A stretch of DNA of 58,443 nucleotides, the filler included, from Diploschistes diacapsis (Eukaryota), in NCBI GenBank assembly GCA_023645945.1. It is 6 parts of 6 records of this genome, joined end to end, with 100 filler letters (N's around TTAATTAATTAA, not from the genome) between each part and the next. Parts side by side here need not be neighbours in the genome. Positions count along the whole stretch, not along the records: positions 9,763 to 19,423 come from JALAIB010001007.1; positions 19,524 to 29,184 come from JALAIB010001008.1; 4 more parts are not named here. One strand, 5' to 3'. The notes under the pieces are model-generated. The model made no database searches, was not told where the DNA came from, and was given only the letters and a program-made list of their open reading frames with translations. The position numbers were made by a program, and so were the translations under genes. Shown here piece by piece: positions 16,412 to 29,284 of the stretch. Numbering within the stretch: the first letter of the stretch is position 1; each line of letters begins with the position of its first letter.

Positions 16412-17544
16412 TCAAGGCTTTGGCAGGTTGTCAACGTTTCCTCTAACATTTCCCTCCTTGTCCACCAGCCACCCGGCCTCTACCAATTTATCCTTCTGCT
16501 CCAGAAGATATTTGTAAGCAGTGCGGATGGTGCCGTCACTGACACCAACAATAATACCAATATCCTTGGCAGAACGTGACGAGTTCAACAAATGGCAAGC
16601 AAAATAGATGCAAGCAGCAGCAGTGGATAGGGGAGAACGACCGTCCAGGGCACCTACACTATCGACCTTCTCAGCAAGCTTCTCGGATATCATGCGCACA
16701 TCATTGCCCAACGCGAGTCTACTGCAGTAGCGATTAGATAATTCAGCGGCGGACGTGGCACCGGTGTGGCTGGTATCGGCGGCAACTTGGATATTGTGTC
16801 AGTATGGCTCACTAGATGCATATCTAGGACATTACCATCAAGCTTAGCGTTGTGTCCCTCAAAAAACCTTTCCAAGTGCTTGAATACGCGGCCAATTTCC
16901 TTTTTAGAAACCCTGGTAACCGTAGCGATCTCCCGAAAAGTGCGGCCAACCTTGAACTGACGGCAGGATATGAAGATGATGCCAGCAATGAGGTTCTCTG
17001 TTTGCTTGCCTCTGAATGAACCATTATCATGGACAATTTTGAAGAGGTACTTGGCGTGTTGGTTAACCTTGGACTCGAGGTGCATGTTGTCACAAATGGT
17101 TCCGATCTGCTTATATGCTGCCATCAAAGTCTTGTTCGTCTTGTCTTGAGTAGTCTTATTCTGAGCACGGTTGAGATCACGCGCAGTCTTGCCTCCATCA
17201 CCAAAGGAAATGGTAGTTTGCAATTGATCGCCGTTCAGTAGAAGATTCGGGCCATCTCCAACACGAGAAGGGTCGTCATTGTTCTGGTCGTCGTTTGAAA
17301 AGGTACGCCATTCAGAGTGAGTATCAATGATACGAGCACCAAGAACGAGACCACAATCGGCGCAAACCATGTCACCAGAAGAGTATTCCTCGACAAGATG
17401 TGGTGGATCTTCTTTGCAGTCTGGGCAGATCAAGTGTTCGTTCAGGTTGTCTTGCCATGGCTCATCGCCAGGCTTTTCGTGTAAGCAGCAAGAATCATTC
17501 GGTCAAGAGTAGAGAATGTTCACCTTCTCTGCAATCGCCGCCAT
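16412..17544 (-). CDS. SUA7: transcription initiation factor TFIIB
   Basis: Zn ribbon CPDC..CADCG, B-reader SEWRTFS, two cyclin repeats (GRSPLSTAAACIY, GVSDGTIRTAYK). Exons 17544-17524, 17472-16836, 16785-16412. Confidence 0.96.
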
Positions 17545-18676
17545 TTTTGTGGCTTTAAGATAGATAGCAATCCTCTCTCTGGATCGCTTTTTGACACCCT
17601 TCGCGGTCTTCTTAAGGTTATTCCTTTGTGAAGCGCAACGGATGAACAGCGGTGAATACAGTTTGACGGACTGAAAAAAGTGACTGGCGAGGTCGAAGTC
17701 TAAACTTTCGGGGCATTCAGCAAGAACAGATTGTTCTTGCGACTCGTGACCTCGAATCACTGTCAGAAACCTAGAAAGTCAGCCGAGTGGAACATGAATA
17801 AGTAAGCACATGTGGTATTCAAAGTCTTCAGGCATGGTTAGAAACACGGTCAAGCAAACCCCATCTGCATCGGGAACAAAGGTTTATAATATTAAACGCG
17901 GTTGGAGTGCTTTTCTGCTTTACCTTCAAGATGAAAGTGCCCTGTATAACCAAGAGACTTTCTTGAAGGTGTGGGAGTAGTGAATCTCTGCAGCGGTTGG
18001 TGTTGAAAGAGTGATGACTGCCAAACTGCGACCGTCGATGGGACCAGTGAAGGTTTCCGACCCAGCGAACTGATCAGAATCCCAAGGATAGTCGTCGAAA
18101 CAAGAATCTGGCGCTCGTGGAAGCCGTCCTGCAACTTGGGTTCTTGTGAGCGAGAATTTGCGAGTTTCGTGTTGAGCAGTGGGGTTGTTGGAAGAAAGGG
18201 TTTTCACGGACGTTGATGAAGCCTTGGGCTCCAGCCTCAGCCTTACAAGGTCTGAACTCATGCCGGCTAATTTTAGCGCCGTAGGTCGCCGGCTATGAGA
18301 TGCGCTTGGTAATCCTCTTTGTTCACTTGGCAGTTCTCAGATCAAGTACAAAATGGGCCTGAACTACTTGAAGCACTCACCAGAGCTTTCAGAAGTATTT
18401 TATATTTTTATCTGAAGCATCTCCCAAGCTCATTCGTGGGCCTAAAGGGGCGGACAAGATGTTAGGTGTGCAAACTATTGAGCGAACATGCAGAAGGCAT
18501 GGCTGAGGAAGTTCAGCTGAATCTCAGGTTCAGGTTCAGGTTCAAGTAGCCTCCAAGTTCCTAAGCGAGGCACTAAGTATTAAGTAAAAAATCTAGGCTT
18601 TAAAAACCTGGGTAGGTTTATTGGGGGTTGCACCCCCAAACCCATGCTTTTTTTATTTGTGGGGATTGCATCCCCA

Positions 18677-19080
18677 TGTTACGATCCGAGGTACCGACCT
18701 CATCACCACTCCTTGTATATAGCACCAATCACAGTAACACAGGTCACGTAATTACTAGACAACAGCGAGCAGCTGTCTAGCAGCTGGCATCTAACATTCG
18801 CGCTAGATGGGCGTTATGAGTTAACTAATATCTGGCATCTGGTAGCGGCTAGAAAATACTATATAATAAACGTTATGGTTCTTTTGAGTTTTGGCGTGTT
18901 GTTAAGATCATATCTCTACAAGGTAGACACGAGGTATCGACCAAAATAAATTTGGTCTCGTATAAAAGAAGAATATAAACAAAAAAACAAATCAATCATA
19001 AGGCTAAAACCATCTCTAAAAGAAAATTTAATAATAAAAGATATCTATAATAATTATTATAAATCTATCCTCAAAGATAA
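18677..19080 (+). mobile_element. possible degenerate LTR fragment
   Basis: Begins TGTTACG, a common LTR start; internal repeat CGAGGTAYCGACC near 18687 and 18930; increasingly TpA-rich; no clear 3' CA end or TSD. Confidence 0.3.
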
Positions 19081-19212
19081 TAACGTGTTTCACGGAGATT
19101 CCGGCCACCCTCAGATTCCGGCCACTTTAAATCATTATTTTCATCTTACATTCGATCTTTCTTAACAATAACTACTTTATATAACGTGTTTCACGGTTAG
19201 CTCGGCTATTCC
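19081..19212 (+). mobile_element. two pogo/Fot1-like DNA transposon termini
   Basis: TA|ACGTGTTTCACGG at 19083 and 19184; the first carries an internal direct repeat AGATTCCGGCCAC x2, the architecture of fungal Fot1/Tan1-type TIRs. Confidence 0.55.
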
Positions 19213-19247
19213 TAAAGCTAGGCTGGCCGTCACGGACACTGACACGG

Positions 19248-19423
19248 CCGTGTTTTGAAATTTTTAGCTGTAATGTCCGTGTCCGTGCTTTTATTGTAAT
19301 GTAATATCCGTGAAAATGTCCGTGTTTTAAAAATTTTAATTATAATATCCGTATCCGTGTTTTTACTATAATATAATATTTATAAAAATGTCCGTGTTTT
19401 AAAATTTTTAATCATAATATTCG
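19248..19423. repeat. 72-bp tandem repeat (about 2.4 units), RIP-like divergence
   Basis: Units begin CCGTGTTTT at 19248, 19320, 19392 and differ almost only by G>A and C>T. Confidence 0.85.
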
Positions 19424-19523
19424 NNNNNNNNNNNNNNNNNNNNNNNNNNNNNNNNNNNNNNNNNNNNTTAATTAATTAANNNNNNNNNNNNNNNNNNNNN
19501 NNNNNNNNNNNNNNNNNNNNNNN
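19424..19523. other. artificial contig linker
   Basis: N44-TTAATTAATTAA-N44. Confidence 0.99.
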
Positions 19524-21164
19524 CTCTGATATACCTCCCAAAATTCGCACGTGGGTTAGCCAGCTAGCTAGCTCGCAAGCAACTATTATAAATCGTCAGC
19601 ATTCACTCCCCTCCTGAACGACAACCCCGCTGCTGTCCAAATTCTACATTCTCTTCTGCTTCGCTTCGCTCCGCTTTCCCCTCAGAGTTCCCATGTCTAA
19701 ACACCGACCACACGCCCACGGCTTTCCCGAGCTCCAGCACATGACGATGCGAGCTCCGAGAAAGAAAAAAAAAAAATTCAAAAATATTTTTCAACCCGCA
19801 GGGCGCGGTCTCTTACGGCTCTTCCTAAGACTGAAAGGGTTTGCATCTCATCATCAGGTGGCGGCTTGCGCTCTCCGCCGTTCCGGTTCAGACACGCCCC
19901 CTTCCTGATCATGAGGGAGGGGGGGGCTTACCTGCTTTTCTTTTTGTTTCCCCGAGAACGATGGATGGAAGGCCGTGGGTGTCCCGGGGGAGGAGGAGGA
20001 GGAAAAGGGCTTGAGTTGTTCAGAGGTTCGCGCCGTTGGGAGAGGATGTCTCTTGATGTCTTTATGGAGGTAGGGTAGTGCTCAGTAGTGGGAAGTTCTT
20101 GGATATCTTGGGGATGATGGGATGGGAAGGGAAGAAATTGATGCCAAGGAAAGACAAGCACGGGCCGCCGTGTCTTTTTCGCCGTTTTCTGTGTGTGTGT
20201 CGGCAAATTGATGTTCCTCACCCGGATATAGCGCGCCCTTCCAGAATTGTTTTATGACTGATGGGGCCTAAAATTGCGGAAAAAGGTGTTTGGTAGAGTT
20301 CCCCAACCTTATGAAGCCTCGCCTTCGCCACTAACATCTTCGCCGAATCCTTCACCTGTCCACAATCATTTTCGTTCACCGCTTTTCTAGTATAAGGTCT
20401 TTGTGATATATCGCTACTACCTATCAAGGGGTTTTTACGATTTAGGATTCCCAAATTTGTTTCGTTACAGTCATCAATCAACCCTGCACGTATTCGAATA
20501 ACTAAAGTTACATACATGTAAGCAGAGGCCTTTGCTAGGCAGTAAAATGCCAAGGTTTCTGGCGGATCCGAGCTTGAGATCCGGCCTTTCCTAAAGAGGA
20601 TAGTGGTCTGTCCGGAAAGCGACTAGTTGGATAAGCCATCTCGGGGTTTCGGCTTCGGCTATAACATATTGAACGACGCATGAGAAATGGCTAGCACGTG
20701 TTTCACTCGGCTATACCGGATCTGATATCTGATAGATTATCATGAATTTATCATGAATCATAAGCATCTCCTGCTTGCTTGACTCGAGCATATTGCTACG
20801 CCAGCCCTTGCTATCGGAAAAGGCGTGGTGGCTGGCCTTACCTGCTAGCGAGGAAGCCCACTAATAGTGAACGATTACCGGACTCTGCTTTCATGTCATG
20901 CCATCATCCCGAGAAATCTGAAAACTAGCGCCTATTACACTTTGCAATATGACCCACAACCTCTCCTTTGAAATTATTCCTGTCATTCTTCTTCTTAACA
21001 TTGCCTCTCTTTGCTTCAACTTCAAGTTCTGGGGTTGTTGCTCGTCCATAACTACCCTTCTTTGTGGTAGTCTCCCTGATTCGCGTCTCTGGGTCTTTGT
21101 TAGCTTCCCTATCAATCCAGCTTTGCCATAAAAACCTAGATTCGCCACGACAGCCAGCACAGTC

Positions 21165-23348
21165 ATGGCGACCACGAAGACGGATACGAAAATGATGGCA
21201 GAGCAATCGCTGCCACCGCAGGTCTTGGAAGCCGAAGCAGATGCAGGGCCCGGCGCAACGATGTCAGATGGCGACCAGACGGTTTCCGCAGCCGATACCG
21301 CAAAAGAGAAGGAGATGAACAATACGGCAGGATATTCATCGTCGGAGGGCTCCCCGGTACCGGAGGAGATGCCGGCAGACGAGAAGAAGGGGGGAGCACC
21401 GCAGCAGGAGGAGAAGCGGCCCAGGCTCAGGATTGTGCTGATTATGGCCGCTTTGATGGTGGGCAACTTTGTTGGACCGGCACAGGAGCTTGGAAGTGGC
21501 TAATGCTGCGCTAGATGGCTACATTTTTGGCTGCACTCGATATGGTGAGTACTATGAGCAAAACATACATATAACGGAAGGCTAAGTAGCGCTCAGACTA
21601 TTGTCACTACAGCACTTCCTACTATTGCGGAGGACTTCAAAGTCTCTGAGGCAGACTATACGTGGATAGGTTCATGTTATCTTCTGGGAGCTGCAGGTAC
21701 GCGACCACGGCGGGCTCTCATATGCAGGAATGCTAAACCTCAAGCAGCTTCAACGCCAATCTGGGGAAAGTTCAGCGACATCTTCGGCCGCAAGCCCATC
21801 ATGCTCGTCGCCAACGTCGTGTTCTTCGTCGGGTCCCTCATATGCGCGCTCAGCATCAATGTCAACATGCTCCTGGCTGGACGAGTCATCCAGGGCATCG
21901 GTGGAGGCGGGCTGATCATCTTGTCCAACATTTGCATCAGCGATCTCTTCAGCATGAGGTATGTTATTTCAGCGGATAGTTGCAATATGATTAACGTCGT
22001 ACAGATCTCGTGGCATGTACTATGGCATGATCGGCATGGTCTGGGCCTTTGCCAGTGCCGTTGGCCCCGTCCTGGGCGGCGTCTTCACCCAGCTCGTGAC
22101 GTGGCGCTGGTGTTTCTACATCAACCGTACTGCTCCCGCCCCACCTAAAATAGTAACCCGCCTGACGAACCGGTACTGACGTTTTCTCTAGTCCCATGCG
22201 ACGGTGCAGCCTTCCTTCTCCTGACCTTCTTCCTGGACGTGCACACCCCCCGCACGCCCATCCTCCAAGGCCTTAAGGCCATCGACTGGCTCGGCTCGCT
22301 CACCATTGTCGGCGGAACCGTCATGTTTCTGATTGGGCTTGAATTCGGCGGCGTCTCCTACCCCTGGTCCTCGCCCACCGTTGTCTGCCTCATTGTCTTC
22401 GGCGTAATAGTCATGGCCTTGTTCTTCCCTATCGAGCACTGGGTGGCAAAGTATCCGCTCATGCCATTGAGCATCTTCTCCTCCCGCTCGAACATCGCTG
22501 CGCTGGGGACCTGTTTCTTTCACGGCTGGACCTTCATCGCGGGGAGCTATTACCTGCCACTATACTTCCAAGCCGTCATCGGCGCCTCGCCTCTACTATC
22601 AGGCGTATACCTCTTCCCCTACGTGCTTAGCCTGTCCTTCATGTCCGCCTTCGCCGGCATTATCATCCGCAAGACCGGCCGTTACCGCCCGATGGTCTGG
22701 TTCGGCACTTTCTTCATGGCCCTCGGCTTCGGCCTCTACATCAACTTCCCCGCCTACCCGTCCTGGCCGCGCATCATCATCTTCCAGATCGTCGCGGGGA
22801 TCGGCGTCGGCCCCAACTTCCAGGCCCCACTCATCGCTCTCCAAACGAAAATCCGGCCCCGCGACATCGCCGCCGCGACCGCGACCTTTGGCTTCACCCG
22901 CAACCTCGCGACCGCCATGTCCGTCGTTATAGGTGGCGTCATATTTCAGAACCAGATGGGCCAGCACTCGGCCCAGCTCGCGGGGCTCCCGCCGCAGACG
23001 AGGCAGCTCATCGTGGCTGGCTCGGCCGGCGCGTCGACGTCGATCGTCAATGCCCTGCCGCCGGCCCAGAAGGAGCCTGTGCTGGACGCGTACGCGCAGA
23101 GTTTGAGCACCATGTGGATCTTCTACACCGTTACCGGATGCTTGGCGTTTGCCTTTAGTCTGATGATCGGGGGGCAGACGCTGAGCAAAGACCATCAGGA
23201 GGTCAAGACGGGGATCGCGGCGCAGGAAGAGGAGAGGCTGGAGAGGCTGCAGAGGCAGGGGCAGAGGAGGAGCAAGAGGGCGAGCAGGGGGAAGGATCTG
23301 GAGGCGCAGGTTGACAAGGCGGGGAAGAAGGAGGCCGAGGGCGCGTGA
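21165..23348 (+). CDS. MFS drug:H+ antiporter (DHA2, 14-TMS type)
   Basis: Motifs [59 protein letters not shown]; introns 21459-21514, 21545-21596, 21697-21747, 21959-22004, 22127-22191. Confidence 0.95.
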
Positions 23349-23683
23349 GATGGGCGCGTAGGTGCGTGTTGTAGGGAGGCATTCATGATACATGGTTTCT
23401 GGCATATAAAAAGGAATAGATTGAGCCGTATGGGCTCGGCTAGGAGACATGTGCATAGCTCGGGTAGCGAGACATTGGTTCTACGGACATCGTTTGCGCA
23501 TTATTTAGACGGCCTCCTCCTAAGACCGCATGTATTACAAACGTAACTACTATACACTTTCATTACGCCTCGCACGAACCGTTAAACAAAGGAAGTGATC
23601 AGATCTCGAAACAAGCCCAAACCCGTCAAGGCCTCTCGATAGGTCCAGCCAACTGAATAGCCTCCTCACGTCATTGCACAATT

Positions 23684-26570
23684 TCAATAAAGCTTGTTCG
23701 GCATCCAAAAACCAACAGGGAAGTCCCCGTGCGGGGCACGCTCAGCATAATCTGCAGCAAACTTGGCCTCGACCCGAGCATCGTCGGGCTCGCTCGCCAA
23801 GAGCGCATCGGTAGCGGTGTCTCCTGCAGCACCGGGCGTTGGGACAGCAGTCCCGAAAGAATCTGGACGCGGATAAGGACGAGGCATTGCGTGTATGCTC
23901 TTCGTTGGATGGGAAGCATTCTGGAAAAGAAACTGCGCAGGGCCGAGTGTGCTGTCCCGAGTCCTGTCATCTGCGGCCTGTTGCCAGGGGTCGTTTTCGT
24001 ATAGGTCGCTTTGCAACAGAACGGGAACTGACTCAGGTACCGGGTGGGGGTCTGCCTCTCTGCTAGCAGAGAGGATCTGTTTTCGCGGGGCAGATCCAGA
24101 AGGAAAGTCCGTGCAGCTGGCAGCTGGCGACAAGTTCGATCGACTTGGCGTGCGGTAGTGGGTAGGGGGTCTAGAGTACTGTTCGTCCACTGGAGCCGGA
24201 TGGTGCCTTGAGTGGAGATTGCGGGGAGTCAAGGACAGTCCTGATGACGGTCTGAAGAAAGGCGGCCTGGAAAGAGGACGAGGTTTTGGACGAAGGATTG
24301 ATCGTGATGATGGCCATTCATCCTCCGCTGCAGAAAACCAGTGTTGAGAAAAGGCCTCTGAAACGCGTGCAGTGTTAGAAGATCCTTCCTGCTCATGTAT
24401 CTGCCTCTGGTAGATAGAGTCGGGTGACATGAAGAGGTTCGGGCCTGTGTAGCGCGCACGAGGGTTCGGAAATGGTAACAGAGGTCGCTTGTTGTGGGTT
24501 AGGAGATTCTCCTGTGTCGTTGGCAGAAACCCCTGAAAGTTATGTCTCTGGTCCACACGACTAGGCAAACCTTCAACCCCTTTATCGAGCTGCGGATTGT
24601 CTCTGATGTCAGGATTATCGTCGGATAGTGTAACTTGGTTAAAGGGCGGTACGTGTTTCTCCAAATCTATTTTCGTACCACGAGGGGAAGCCGGTTGCTG
24701 AGAATGCTCGTGAGCTTCATCAGCGATCACATCTTCCTTTTCCGGAAAAGCCTTTTCGTATTCATTATTGCTTTTCAATGCTTCAGAAACTCTCTCTGCT
24801 GACACTCCGGGGGCACAAGGTTCTTGCGCCGGCACCTCAGAAGCCGAAGATTTACCAACGGCAAGGGCTGGGAGTCCATTCCCAGACCATTTCTTCAGCA
24901 ATTTGTTCAGATCCTGCATGAAGCCATCGGGCGGTTCGTTTCCATCACCATGCAAGACTAGCTCGCGTGGGGTTGAGTCCTGTTCCTTCCCAGGTTGCGC
25001 GGCGGTGCTGTCCACGATGCTCGGGGCTGGAACATTTGGTTCTTCATGAGATTTTGGAGTTTGTCTGGGTGGGCTGGCTCTTGGAGCATCAAGAAGGGTT
25101 CTCGGTGAGATTATATATTCATTGGCAGATACCTTCGGCGTTTTCTTCACCATCCCATCCTTCCTACCATATCCACCTTCCTGTAGACATTTTTCGAGCT
25201 TTTCACTTTGTTGTGCCAATCTGCTGTCTACTAGACGTTTTTCGAGCATTGAACTGGTCTTCATTTCCTTGTCGATCCTTTGAGCGTGCGTCCGCGGTGT
25301 GACTTGGCTTTGTGACCAAGAAAACTGACTCCGCGTCGACAGGTGGAACGGGCTACGGTGCGCCTTAATGGGGCTGTGATCTGTTTGCACGTTTCGGGGA
25401 AGAGGCATTGATGAAATAGATTGAGAGGCAGGCCGTCCGAAACCTAGAAATGGTCTCCCGGGAAATTCTACTGGAGGTAAAGATGGCTGCGAAGTGTTGG
25501 GATGAGTCGCCTTTTGTTTTATCTGCGATGAACTGTGGTATTGTGGCTTTTCTTCCTTCATCCTCCCACGTGGGATTTTATGGGCTGTTCTTGACGCTAA
25601 TGGTGACTCTTTTGTAGCGAAGAACTTCGAAAACTCTCCATCCAACTCTAACCCTCTGCGTCTCTTTTTGCTATTGCCACCTCCGTTGTGCCCGTCTTCG
25701 AGTTCTTCAGGCCGACGCTGGTGACGACCAAGAAATTTCAGCTCCGAAAAGGACAGATCAGGTACTAGATAGATCAGTTGCTTGCAATTTAGTCAAACAG
25801 AAGCCATGATAGGAACTTACGAGCTCGTCTCCGGTACGGCGAGGAAGCTCGACCCTTTGTGAATAGACCTACTTTAGGCAATGGCTTCAGCTGAAAAAGC
25901 CATTAGAATTGACGCCTTAAACTCTTCTCTTCTAAAACATCGAAAAACTTACTGTAAGTCTTGCTGAAGCTACATTAGCAGCGCTGAAGGTGTGGAGGGG
26001 TGCAGCACCACTCTTTCCCTTACGCTTAGGCCTCCTGTTTTTCTCAAGCTTTGTATTCCGGTTGCCGCACTTTTTCTCTTTGCTCACATTCTCCTTTAGG
26101 ACGTACCGGTCCTCCTTAGTTTTGCGCCTACGTTTCCTTGCGTAGAGATGCGGATCTGGTTTAATGTGCTTGTGGTATAGCTCCGAAATATCGGGGCTAG
26201 AGGTTCGCTGACTTTCGCTTGCTAAGGTAATGGAAGAATTGGAAGTCTCTAAAGGTTTTTGATTTGGTTGGTAGTTTTCCTTTCCAACGGATAATTCCGA
26301 AGTAGATTCAGCTGCCTGCCTCCGCTTTCTTTTTCGCCCTACTCCTATCTCGACTCTCTTACACCGAGAAGGACCTTCAATATGCTGAAAAGGCGTATGT
26401 AATCTCAGGCCTTTTGCCACATTAGGTGCCTCGGAGTTTCGTGGTTCATTTATCTTTTTATATTGAGCGTCGGATGGTTTCAAGGGAGAGAAAGCCGGAT
26501 TTTCGGTGTTATTAACACTTCGTGCCAACCACTCATATATCGCTTGCCGTGACGAAACACCTTCTTCCAT
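23684..26570 (-). CDS. large low-complexity hypothetical protein, 3 exons
   Basis: ORFs 25932-26570 and 23684-25645 are joined in frame via introns 25891-25952 and 25765-25820 (both GTAAGT donors); basic motif RKRRRKTKEDRY and block VGLFTKGRASSP..LPDLSFSELKFL. Confidence 0.8.
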
Positions 26571-28701
26571 AGGGAATCCGGGGAACCTTGCTTCGGATCA
26601 TGACAGCCAAAAATACTGCCTACATTTTTGGATCTGAGAAAGCACAGGTAGAGGTGATCTTGTATCACGAGCCAAAAACGTCGAAAAAAGGAAGTCACGG
26701 TCCGGTGAGGGTGATCACATCTCACAAAAAGCAAGAACGACAATTTTTGGAGATCTACCCTTTAAATCTAAAAATCTCAAGATGCGAAAAATATGACTTT
26801 GAAACAATAGAACGCAGTCTCTACAGGCTCTTGGAGCTTTGAAGCTGTTCGTGACACTCTATTTACTTACATTCGATAGGGCTGTCCGGTGCCAAGCTAG
26901 AACATTAGGGCTCCAACTGAACCCCGTCACACTGGGCTTGAACCGTTCGTTAGAAATTGCTTTCACAAACGTCTTGACCCGTCTGAGATATCTTTATCAA
27001 CAGCAAGATAACGCGCAGTTCCCCTATTGAAAATCTTGTTCCATTCCCTGCCACTCGCTTTTACTATTCACCCCGCAGTATGTGAACAGCCTGCAGCAGT
27101 TACAGGTCACTGCCCAGCTTTTCGACGCATGTTTGAAGAATGTTGATAGCAACAGTTACACAAGCCAAGGGAGTAGCCATCTACCATACTAGAATCGAAG
27201 CGCGAAGGCGTTTCCGAAGGCTTGAGTTGGTGGAAGCGGGCTGTTAGTGCCAGACATTTTCTGAGATGCCACAAAAACACGCCTTGGCGGCCTCCGAGCG
27301 ATGCAACAATCCATTAGGACGATTGGCGAATCAGAGTTGAACGATCTCGATGTCACACCACGATAACTACACACCATGCCTCATTGCCCAGCATTTTCAG
27401 CAGATAACGCCGGTAGAGGCTGAATGGTATACTCCACGACAGACAGCGAGCGCGGTTCATACTCCATCTTCTTTTTATTCCACCAACACGTGAGGCTGCA
27501 ACCAGGAGCAAAACTTCAACGACAACATATAGAAAAATGATCGAAGAATGGCCAGTTTATCGTCGAAGCAAGTTTCTGGCTCCGCTTTCGCAAGGATAAT
27601 GTGCTTAAACCGCTGACCGGCCGAGACTAACAAAGCATGATGATAAGAGTGGTGGGCGGGAGTCAGCTGTCGTGGAGCCCATTGGCGTATGTGTAGAGAG
27701 ATGACATGTTAGTCGGTATCTTCGATTTTTGTGGCGCTGTGCGGGCAGTTGCGGGTGGTGAATTTGTTGATTCACGTAAAGACAAAACGTTTACGCTGCT
27801 CCAGTTTTGGCTAGCCAGGTGGAGCAGAAGGAGGTCTTGGTCCAATCTGCTGCAAAATCCCCAACACAAACTTTGTCAGGTTCATATGCGTGCCATTCTG
27901 CTACACGGTGCGCGCTGTGTGACTGGCAGGTGATGACGCTTCAGACGCAGCTCTCAACAATGCGACCCGCAGGCAGCGGAAACTACGGAGGTGCTTGAAA
28001 ACGGTGGTCGACGTGATGCTGAATTGGATGAGTACCCAAAGTCATCGAGGAGGCCGTAATGGTCGGGCTGCCCGCCCACTCATCACTCATCACTCATCGA
28101 CGATAGAGGCTTTGAGAGAGGCAGAAACCTCCCTTTGATTCCAACCGTAACCTAGGATGACAACGGTCCCTCCCATTGGAGGCCGCGTAATAAAACATCT
28201 TAGCTCGAAGTCGAAAACGATGCGACGCTTTTTTGGAGACCAAGGATGCCATGAGAGTGAATCAGATACGGCTTAGCGTGACTCGCATTTTTTGTCATTA
28301 TTATTTCGTATCATTCTTGTTATTTTGTTGTTGTTGTTGTTGTATCGCGGGGTCCAAACAGCCCTGTCCCGCTTTTTCTTAAGTCCAAACTACTACCTAC
28401 TGATTTTCATGTTTTGAACTCAACCTGTGATAAAAGATTGCAGTCAAGTTTTACGGCCTTTCGGTTCGAGTATCTTCACGAGTAGTGTTGTTGTTGCTCT
28501 TGAGTAGGTCCCAGAAACCCAATATCCTGCCCTATTTCCTTGCGACCTGTGGCCGCTTAGCTACTTGACCTGAGTGGAGCTCACGACACACACTTGAGCG
28601 CACAAATTTCCGTTTTGTGCACTTTGAAAGTCCCAATCAACGGAAAAGGCTGCAGCGCTGACTTTGGAACTGAAAGATTGGCGGTTTCCTGCTTAGCCGC
28701 T

Positions 28702-29184
28702 ATGTCCAAACTATTCATTGGGTATGTTGCTACTGCATACAATGTCCAAGTGCCAGTACTGACTCCTCGCGACATAGGGGCCTTGCATGGCACACCGACG
28801 ATGTCACCCTTCGCACCAAGTTCGAGGAGTATGGCCAGGTTGAAGAAGCTGTAAGCTGGTCCCTTGGCTTTTCGCGTGCTCTCCCAGCTAATTTTCGTAG
28901 ATTGTTGTGAAGGATCGTGATACTGGCCGTAGCCGTGGCTTCGGATTTGTTAGATTCACGAGCGATTCGGATGCTACCGCAGCTATGCAAGCTATGAATA
29001 ATATCGAGTTGGTGGATCTTTCTCAAGCTTTCACCTTCTAATCCAGAGAAGATTTGATGGCCGGACCATCCGTGTGGACAAAGCCTCCGCACCTGGCTCA
29101 GGCATGGGAGGAGGAGGTGGTGGTGGCTTTGGCCGTGGTGGAGGTGGAGGTGGTGGGCGTGGTGGCTATGGGGGAGGCGGATAC
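28702..29184 (+). CDS. glycine-rich RNA-binding protein (single RRM + RGG tail), 3' truncated; absent from the ORF track
   Basis: Spliced [15 protein letters not shown] (RNP2) ... [15 protein letters not shown] (RNP1) ... [13 protein letters not shown] then Gly-rich; introns 28722-28777, 28851-28900, 29008-29051. Confidence 0.95.
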
Positions 29185-29284
29185 NNNNNNNNNNNNNNNN
29201 NNNNNNNNNNNNNNNNNNNNNNNNNNNNTTAATTAATTAANNNNNNNNNNNNNNNNNNNNNNNNNNNNNNNNNNNNNNNNNNNN
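29185..29284. other. artificial contig linker
   Basis: N44-TTAATTAATTAA-N44. Confidence 0.99.

Noticed and set aside
19524..20560. Short ORFs at the start of contig 3
   Set aside because: Low-complexity purine and poly-A tracts; no coding signal or family motif
27930..28022. Possible box C/D snoRNA (GTGATGA ... CTGA) upstream of the RRM gene
   Set aside because: No convincing terminal stem and no rRNA-complementary guide that I could recognise
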